DNA of 64,000 bases from NCBI GenBank assembly GCA_965112735.1, contig OZ218956.1, positions 3,100,001-3,164,000 of the forward strand, read 5' to 3'. Position 1 is the stretch's first letter. Each line of letters begins with the position of its first letter. Shown here in pieces: positions 25,401 through 34,421 of this stretch. The translations under genes were made by a program, and so were the position numbers. The notes beneath the pieces were generated by a model. That model had not been told where the DNA came from, ran no database searches, and saw only the letters and a program-made list of their open reading frames with translations. This DNA is from Phaeosaccion multiseriatum (taxonomy: Eukaryota; Protista; Ochrophyta, other classes).

Positions 25401-28400
25401 TCACCTGTGCCATGTAGTCGTCCTCAAGCCCCTCGGGTAATGTGTCACTCGTGTAACCGTCGGCCTCCGCCAGCAGCAGCGGCAGGACCTATTGCATTGT
25501 AAACCAATGAAAGTCAGTTTCAGCAGTTTCATCAGTTTCAAGTTAAACGTGTGATGAAGGGGGTATCGAGATGGACGCGCTCCCCCTGCACCCCGCTCTT
25601 TGAAACGTTATGTAGCGTTTCTCAAGCGAAGTAAGAATGTCTCTCTCAATCTCCCCTCTCATTCCCTCCCCCCCCCCTCTCTTCTTCCACTGACATACGA
25701 ATGAATGAATGAATGAATCGATCAATCAATAAATCAATACACACACCTCAGTAGCGGCTTGCGTGTAGACAAAAGCCTCGGAGCAGTTCTCCCTTCGGAT
25801 GGCAGCAGATGCGCAGTAGCGATGAGCGTAGCGCCAGTACGTCAGCCCATCCGTTGTATGCGCATTCAAGTCATTGGTGGGGTCGTCTTCGTCTGGGCTG
25901 ATAATGAGGCGAGCGGCTTCCAGGCTGGGGTACACACCACCCGCCGTTGGGTTGACTTCAGGGCTGGTGGTGCTGTTGGCTGTAACTGTAGTGCTGGTGG
26001 TGGCGGCGGTGGTGGTGCTGCTACTGCTGCTGTTGGTGGTGGTGGCGTTGAGTACGACGGTCGACTTGCCCAAGGCCCAGTGGCAAGTGTTGTTCCAGTG
26101 GGTGCTGCATGTGACATTGTCGCTTGGATACTCGCTGAAGTCATTGAAGCTGCTGCTGCTGCTGCTACCTCTGTTGTCATTCCGCCCCACATAGAGCCAC
26201 TCGGAGAGTATGGCCTTCTCCAAGACGTTCTCTTCATAGAGCCAAACCTCAAAGAGATATGCGGTGAGGCCGTCAACTTTCCTGCAGCAAGCTCCAGTTG
26301 GCGACCTCTCTCCTCCCCAGCTGCAGAACAGAGCCACGAGCTCACTAAAGAGGGAGGGAGGGAGGGAAGGAAGGAAGGAAGGAAGGAAGGGAGGAAGGAA
26401 GGAAGGAAGGAAGGAAGGGAGGGAGGGAGGGAGGGAGGGAGGGAGAGAGTGAGGAGGGGAGGAAGTGTCTCTCTCCTTGAGAGTGGGCTGTGCACAACGC
26501 CCAATAGGCTGAAACGGAAACTGAAAAAGATGGATCCTAATACTACTACTCTCCTCTTAAGTCAATGACTACTCCCATCTCTACCATTGTATACCTTTCA
26601 TCGTCCCTCTTGCAAATCTCACCTGTACAGCGTCGCGTCCTCCTCATCGTCGGGGTGGGGCATGGCTTCGCTTGGCAGGTACCCTTTGTGCCTGCCTGCC
26701 GCCACCCATAGTCGCATGCCCGTCTCCGTGAGCAGCCCTCCGGAGCCGTCCCCTCCTGCGAGGCCGAGGAGGTATTGGCCCTCCACGGTGCTGAGTGCAA
26801 AGGTCGCATTGCCATCTGTGAAGTATCGGAAGAGTACGTGCAAAGTGGAGGAGTAGCAAGCAGCACAGCCAAAAAAAACGCAAACGGGTCAAAAAGAGGT
26901 GAAGAGTGCGTGCGGGGTAGGGCAGGAGACAACAGGGTAAGGCATGGAACAGGATAGGACTCTCGTGGCTGCGCTTAGTCTTAGGGAGTAGCAGCAAGCG
27001 CCAGAGTAGGAGCAGGCCCCTTCCCTGTCCTTCCTTCCTCACCTTCGATGAAGCTGGCGGTACCCCAAGGGCATCCGTTGCTCACTTCACTTGTGGAGAA
27101 GTTACCGCACGACACCACCGATGTGAAGGATGTGGTGGTGGAGGTTTGGCTGTAGTCTCCAATGAAATGCCCCACAACATCCTCTGTGCTGCCTCCCATC
27201 TCTGTCAGCAGATGCTGGTACAGGCCGGAGATAACGGTGGTTCCCACTGTAGGGACGGAAAGGGAGGAGAGGGGAGGAGAGAGAGAGAGGGAAGTGACGG
27301 GTGTGAGAGCGGTTGTCGAGAGATCTTCACGGCCTTTCTCCCCGTCCCTTCTCTTCTCACCATGAATAGCCTTCCGGTAGTCCCACCTTGCCGCCCAGAT
27401 GGTCGGGAGGTACGTGCTCTTCACTGACATGGGCAAGTCGACCGTCATAGCGTCATGGATGTACTCAAATGCCCCCTGGAAGAGGGGAGGGAGGGATGGA
27501 TGGACGGAGGGAAGGAGGAATGGAGGGAGGGAGGGATGGATGGATGGATGGAGGGAGGGAGGGAGGGAAGGATGGAGGGAGGGAGGGAGGGATGGATGGA
27601 GGGAGGGATGGATGGATGGAGGGAGGGAGGGAGGGAGGGAAGGATGGAGGGGAGGCACGCAGGGAGGGAGGAGTGAGGGAAGGGGGAGGAAAGGAGGGAG
27701 GGGGGGAGGGGGGGAGGGGGGGAGGGAGTGAGAGAGAGGGGAGGGTGACGGGAGGGAGGAAGGGAGAGAGGGCTCCGCCTTCTCCTCCTCCTCATCATCA
27801 TCCTCCTCCTCCACCTCTATCCCGCTCACCTGCGACAATACGCTGAGAAGCCCCGTCGGTGTGTAGTCGTGCAGCATTCGCATGAACGGCGCGTTGACCA
27901 CAGTCACTTTGCGTGTCGCGTTTTGGCAGCTGCATTCGAAGGTCCCCACGCACTCTGGGTTGCCGATGCGGAGACTCGCTCGGTCCATGCGGAAGTACAT
28001 CTCCTTGCAGGGGTCGGAGGAGTAGGAGTAGTAGGAGGAGGAGGGGGAGGAGGAGGAGGAGGAGGAGGAGGAGGAGGAGGAGGAGGAGGAGAAGGAGGAG
28101 GACGAGAAGGAGGCGTCCGAGTCCGAGAGTACCGCCTCCATGTAGTGCCACTCCTTGTGTGTGACGTACTGCGAGTCATCGGCGGAGAAGGAAACGTCGT
28201 ACTTGGTGCTTCGCTGGACGTATCCGATGGGCCCTACCTCCTTTAAGTTCGGCTTGTATCCCAGCTCCATCACCTGTTTGTGTGTTGGGCATTGATTAAT
28301 TGATGGTGTGAGCTAGGGGCGGAGGCCAAGACAAAGACATCAAGCTCGCTCAGGCTGCCCTACCCCTCCCCTCTCCACGGGCATCGCCTCTCCTCAGGAT

Positions 28401-28928
28401 ACGCCTATGCGCCATCACTTGCCAACCTACACTCGCCTCTTGAGGGTTGATGACATGCCACACGTTGTAGGAGTGGAGAGACGTATTGGGAGATGCCCCG
28501 TTCTCTTGCGCAAAGTGGAGGCCCTTGAGCCATCGCAGGTAAGTCACCTCGCTCTGCTGCTGGTCTTGTACATCCAGCACTGCCTCGAACATGACCTTGC
28601 TGTTCAGCACCATGGGGTAGAGCACCTGGCTCCACATCACCACCATGAGAAAGGCCGCCATCAAGCCGGTCTTAATGCAGGCGGCTCCGAGGATGAGGAA
28701 CTTGCTACCGTGAAAGTGGCGCTGCCACTTCTTCTCCATCCCCGAGGGCGCCCTGTCCTCCTTTCCGGTGGGAGCAGGGATGTGCTCCCCTGTGGGGATA
28801 CCAATGGCTTGCGCCGTCTTGGCCATGGTGGAGGCGAAGAGGTCGACATGCTTTTCTAGTGCTTCTCCCTGCCCCAAGCTGAGGTCCAATACTCCTCCTG
28901 AGGTTGGGGAGTCCTCCAAGGAGGTCAT
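20091..28928 (-). CDS. Large CD36/LIMP-II (scavenger receptor class B/croquemort-like) protein, ~17 exons, ~1500 aa
   Basis: N-terminal TM followed by [21 protein letters not shown]-terminal [12 protein letters not shown]...[31 protein letters not shown] and a C-terminal TM. These are CD36-family hallmarks. Internal exon boundaries are approximate. Confidence 0.8.
24853..25016. repeat. Intronic minisatellite (GGGGGTCGATATTGGAGGGTAGA-like, ~7 copies)
   Basis: Directly visible tandem units inside a CD36 gene intron. Confidence 0.9.
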
Positions 28929-29695
28929 GCTTCCTCCTCTTCCACCCTCTTATGAGGTGCTAGGAGGTCTTTTGAAGCCCAAGCCCCCAGAGAGGGAAGG
29001 GGAAAGGAAGGACGACACTCCCATCGCAATGAGCGCGGCCGTTAGCTCGAACGGTTGGTCCTCCACTCGTCAGGTGGCGACGCCGTCGGTTACAAAAACA
29101 AAAAAAAAACAAATTTCCGTACTTTTTACCCCTGATTATTACAACAACTCCACTCCACTTCTCTTCCACACGGCCTACTGGTCAGCTCTGCGTGCGTAAC
29201 CTGTCGTGGGTGGTTGTGTGGTACTGGGGCGCGTTCACCATCATTTTTGCAAGCAGCAGCAGCAGTAGCTAGAACGTCCGCCTGCACCAATAGACTAGAA
29301 ATTAGATGGGATGCGCCCCGAGCCGGGAGACAGATGGAACGGGATGGGTGGGTGGGATGGCAGCCGCACAAGGCGCTGCGCCAGCAGCAGCGGCACAACA
29401 CTCAGCAGCACCGTCACACCCAGCAGCAGCAGAGACAACGCAACCACCGACGCCGGCATCCCCGTCCACCTTCTTCTCCTCCCCCTCGGCCTACGTTCTG
29501 AGGCGAAAGTGCTTAGGGAGGACCCAGACAGGCGACGCCGCTGCCTCTTGCACGTCTCGAGGTGGGACCAGGACTAGGGCCAGCAGGGCCAGCAGGGCTC
29601 GTCTGGTGGACATTGAGGGGAGGCGCGGCACATGCGCCTTAGGAGGATCGTCATCACGCGGGGGGCATGCGAAACTGGGGCTGTCTCAGAACACC

Positions 29696-30726
29696 ATGGC
29701 CAACACAGCCACCACTGAGGTCACCTTCGTGTTTGCCGTTGAGGAGGAGAGGGTGGACTGTATTGCTGGCGGTAGCAGCGCTGGCAGCAGTAGTGGTTGT
29801 ACGGACGAGAATGAGGGTGAGGGAAAGTGGAGGAGGAAGATGGACATATCGGCAACGCTGCTGGAAGAGGAATCCTCATCATCATCATGCTCATCACCCT
29901 CATGCACCAAAATGGCAACAGAAATGGAACTGGAAATGGCCCCTACGCACCGGCCACCAACAACAGCAAAGGAGGAGACAATCAGGCAACAACGGATCGC
30001 CACTGTATCTCTCAATGGACCCCTCTCGTCCGCACCTCTCGTTGATAGGCTTGCGCTACCAGCAGCCAACTCAGCCGAAGATCTCGGACTCGACGGTGCT
30101 GCTGTTGTATCATCATCTGAGAACATCATTACAATGGCAGAGCTGACGGCGGGGGGCAAGGAGCCTTTGAAGCTCCTCGGTAGAGGGTCGTACTGCGACG
30201 TGTTTGCATGCACCTATCGGGGAAGGCCGGCGGCGCTGAAAGTCATCCGGAGAGAGCTTGGAGGAGGGCGAGACAGGAAGAATATGAAGCGCCTCGGCGC
30301 ACGACGACGACGAGGAGGAGGAGGAGGGGGAGGAGGGGGGGGGGGGGGGGAGGGAGCATGGGCCTGATTCGTCGCAATAAGGGTCGTCTGCGTCATCGTC
30401 ACCAGGAAGTAGGGCACGGCGCCGGAGCCGCAGCAGTAAACGCCCGAAGCAGCAGCTACATGTACCGGCAGAGAGAACAAGTGGTGGCGACAGCAAAGGC
30501 AGCACAGGCGGCCAAGGCAATTCGGCAGGCCAACCACTTCCTGGGGAGGGAGAAGACGCTTCTGCAGGGCTTGACACACGCCAACGTTATAAGCTTGCTG
30601 GGCTCGGGTTACGATGCCGGACGAGAGGGGGATGTTGAGGGGGGCTATGGGCAGTTTATAGTGATGGAGAGAATGAGTGCCACGCTAGATGACGTCTTTA
30701 GCCGTCGCCAAGGTGCTGCATCACCA

Positions 30727-30761
<35 letters not shown>

Positions 30762-32536
30762 GAACAAGGGTCAGCGGGAGGGCGATAGTACCACCAAGGG
30801 CATTGGTGCAAAGCCCCTCCGCCTCCTGGACTCACACAGGTACCCCTTCAGGAGAGTTAGCAATGCTGTAACCGTCACCACCGCCAAGGCGCGTCGCCTG
30901 CTGCCGAAGCGGAACAAGGAGCAAGAGCAGAAGCAAGCCAAGCAGCGCCATCTTCGAAGCGTCATGAAGTACGCCGTGGAGCTCGCACGAGCCTTGCACT
31001 ACCTCCACCAGGGCCTGTCTCGCCCGCGGCAGCAGCAGCCGTTGGTGATACAGCAGCAGCAGCAGCAGGAGGAGGAGGAGGAGGAGGAGAAGGAGGTTGG
31101 CATGTGGGATACTCGTGATGGTAGCGATAGCGGCGGCGGGGAGCCAGGAGGGGCGGCGCTCGAGGAGGAAGAACACATGACCCTCATTCATCGAGACTTA
31201 AAGCCGGGGAACATTGGCGTGAGAGCAGACGGAACAATTGGTGAGTAGGACTGGGGGAGGGGGGGGGATGGATGGCAGTGGATGGCCGTGGATGGCAATG
31301 AATGGCAGTGGGTGAAGGTGGAGGGCTGTGGCGCATCCCTTCCTTGTCCAGCGCTTGTGTACGGCTTGCCGCCGCTAGGGCTGCATCTCTTTCTCTGGCA
31401 CCAATTTTGCTTGTCTCTGATCGTTCTATCCCCCTCTCTGTCTCTCCCTCCCGCCCTCCCCTATCTCCCTCTCCCTCTCTTTTCTCCCTCTTGTGTCTGA
31501 TCAACAAACAACAAACAAAACAAACAAACAAACAAACAAACAAACAAACCCAACACACCAAACAACAAAAACATACAAATTAGCACTCCTTGACTTCGGG
31601 CTCGCCAAGGCTTGCCCAAGAAGCATCACAAGAGCGGCGCTTTGCAGGGGTGCCGCAGGGGTGGGGCGGGGGATCAATGCGCGGCGACGCTGTACTAGAC
31701 CACCAACACCAGCCGGACTAATGACAAGATCACCAACAGCTCTACTTCCCTTCCAAGAGCCGTCGCCATCTGCGCGCTTGGCCCTCTCGACACGCTTTCC
31801 ATCCCCCAGGGAGGTAGCAGCAGCGGCAGCTGGAATGAAGCCCCATCAGCAGTTGGTGATACAGCGACGGAGGCTCAGAACGGCACCCTTTTTTGACGGA
31901 GGATTTGGCGATGGCGAGGGTGGGCAAGAAAACGCGTGTTCCCTCCGCCTTCAGCAGGGGGCAAAGATTGAGACTAAGGAGGAGGAGGAGGAGGAGGAGA
32001 AGGAGATGAGAAAAGAGGAGGGGGGGGAGGAGGAGGAGAAGGAGGAGGAGGAGGAGGACGAGGAGGAGGAGGTGGAGGACGAGGAGGAGGAAGATGAGGA
32101 GGAGAAAAAAAGGGACAAAACGGAGGAGAAGGGCCGCCAAAAAGGGAAGGAACAAGAACAAGAAAAAGAAGCAGAACTAGAAGGAGACGGAGAAGGTGAC
32201 TACTGCGCGATGAACATGACAGGGGGCTGTGGGAGCGTGCGCTACATGTCGCCGGAGTGCTTTTCGCATCTACCCTACAACCAAAGCACCGACATATACT
32301 CCCTGGGCATGGTGGTGTGGGAAATGCTCGCTCAACGGAAGCCCTTTGAAACGGTTACGGTGGAGACGTTCCCTCTTCGTGTTTGTCAGTTGCGAGAGAG
32401 GCCCCCTCTGGACGCCGAGTGGCCGGCAGGGGTAAGAAGGACGCTGGAGGAGTGCTGGGACCACACGCCGAAGCGGAGACCCTCGGCAAGGGAGGTGGGC
32501 ATCCGGCTGCAGGCTTGCTTGGACGCGTTGATGTGA
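29696..32536 (+). CDS. Tyrosine-kinase-like (TKL) protein kinase; apparent frameshift in the G-run at ~30335-30350; intron ~31241-31583
   Basis: LGRGSYCDV and ALKVI in one frame; HANVISLLG and IHRDLKPGNI in another frame; then LLDFGLAK, GSVRYMSPE, DIYSLG, CWDHTPKRRP. Confidence 0.85.
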
Positions 32537-32712
32537 TTGTTTGTGACGTCTTCGTGTGAGTGTCGTGTGAGTGCCGTGTGACTGTTGTGTGACTATCGTG
32601 TGAGACTGTGTTGTGATGATTGTGAAGACGTTTGGGTGTTGCTTTGTGTTCGGGGGGCTAGCTGGTGAGCTTGTCTTCGGGGCTGGACAAGGTTCTCTGG
32701 TCTTAAGGGACC

Positions 32713-32816
32713 ATGGCGCCAGCCGGGCGGGCCTGATTACTGATTATATGGCGCCAGCCGGGCGGGCCTGATTACTGATTATATGGCGCCAGCCGGCCTG
32801 GCTGATTACTGATTAT
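32713..32816. repeat. Three-copy 35-bp tandem repeat ATGGCGCCAGCCGGGCGGGCCTGATTACTGATTAT
   Basis: Directly visible. Contains the reverse complement of the CCGGCTGGCGCC core of the neighbouring element family. Confidence 0.9.
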
Positions 32817-33091
32817 GGCCGGCGCACACTGTAACCTTGTCCAGCCCCGATTGTCTGTAGCTTCCAATTTTGACTAGTGCGAAGTTGTTGCTTGTCTCGG
32901 CGGAGTTTTGTGTCTTGTGTTTTGTGTTTGGGTTGAGAGGTTTTTGCCGTTGTCTTTACAAAAAGTCTTTGTGTTTGTGATGGCTGCGCGGTCGTGTACT
33001 TCGCTGCACGCGCAATTCTGTTAAAATTAACCGGGATAGGGATTCTTGTCCGGGGGTTGTTTGGGGCAGCCAAATCCTCTCTTGAAAATTC

Positions 33092-33631
33092 CAGACCCCC
33101 CGTCAATGCGGGCGGTCTATAAATGGCCCTAGCGAAGCAAGTGGTCATATTCTCGACCCCTGACACGCTATCGCTCACATTCTCGATAGCGCGCTATCGG
33201 CCGCCGGCCAATAGCGGATAGCGTGCCGGCTGGCGCCGGCCGATAGCGGATAGCGTGCCGGCTGGCGCCGGCCGATAGCGGATAGCGCGCCGGCTGGCGT
33301 CAGCTCTCCCCCCCCCCCCCCCCCCGGTGCGGTAGCAGCTGACGCTGGCGATAGCGGATAGCGCGCCGGCTGGCGCCGGCGATAGCGGATAGCGCGCCGG
33401 CTGCGCGCCGGCGATAGCGGATAGCGAGCCGGCTACGCCGGCGATAGCGGATAGCGAGCCGGCTACGCCGGCGATAGCGGATAGCGAGCCGGCTACGCCG
33501 GCGATAGCGGATAGCGCGCCGGAGATAGCGGATAGCGTGCCGGCTGGCGCCGGCGATAGCGTTAGCGGATAGCGTGTCAGGGGTCGAATATTCATCACAT
33601 TTTACAGACCCCCCCGCATTGCGGGGCGTCT
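33092..33631. mobile_element. Foldback/MITE-like element with nested inverted repeats and an internal minisatellite (family member 3)
   Basis: Inner TIR TCGACCCCTGACACGCTATC ... GATAGCGTGTCAGGGGTCGA. Outer imperfect IR AGACCCCCCGTCAATGCGGGCGGTCTATAAATG / CATTTTACAGACCCCCCCGCATTGCGGGGCGTCT. Interior has ~10 GCCGGCT(GG/A)CGCCGGCGATAGCGGATAGCG units. No transposase. Confidence 0.75.
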
Positions 33632-34174
33632 ACACAATGTGGCCAGGTGGCCACGTCATATAGCTCGCATATCATGACGGGCTCCTGGGTGCCTTCTCCT
33701 CATGGCGGTTTCCATCGCGCGAGTCACAAGCGGCTCGAATGTCCTCGCTCCTTGATGGGTAGTGGCTGCGTAGCAATCTCTGCTCCTCGCCTGGCGGGGC
33801 GGGGTGCTGGGGTGGAGGAGAGGAGGACGATGGGTTGTCGCTCAGTCGTCTATTCTTGTAATCCTGAATCGAGGCGGGAGGAGAACAAGTGTGGGCGGTG
33901 TGGAGGCCTGACATGGGTATGTTCGTATGTACCATCGGGTGCCATCCCTCCTCTCCCTCCTTTGCATACCGTGAAGACTCCACACCAAGGCGAGCCCCCT
34001 TGTTTTTCTGAAACTTCCCCCAACACCGCGCCCTCCTCGTCGCTATGGAAGGTGTTGGAGAGTGTGTCTGGTGTCTGGGGCAGGCTACATGACGGGAGGG
34101 TGAAGGAGGAGGAGTCGAACTTCACTAGTGACGACCGAGAAAGAGGTTGGGGAGCGGCGCAATCGTCACAGGAT

Positions 34175-34250
34175 CGGCCCCTGACATGCTTCTGAGACAG
34201 GCCAGCCCAGAAGCAGAAAGCAGGGTCGCCTCAGAAGCACGTCAGGGGCC
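34175..34250. mobile_element. Minimal 76-bp MITE-like hairpin element (family member 4)
   Basis: 22-bp TIR CGGCCCCTGACATGCTTCTGAG / CTCAGAAGCACGTCAGGGGCCG (1 mismatch). Interior near-identical to 4757-4858. Confidence 0.75.
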
Positions 34251-34421
34251 GAACAGGAGGGGCTGGGGCGGCTGAAACTGAAACTAATGCATCACACACT
34301 CTCTGGTCATCAAAAGGGAAGTGGACGTATTCGTCATCCAACCAAACTCACAGCTGGCCGCAATTCCGTTCGTCTACAAGTACATGCAGAGCATTGGTGT
34401 AATAAAAAAAAAAAGAAGACA

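Noticed and set aside
33194-33598. ORF with AIAGVAGSLS repeats
   Set aside because: Translation of the internal minisatellite of the foldback element; no transposase features.
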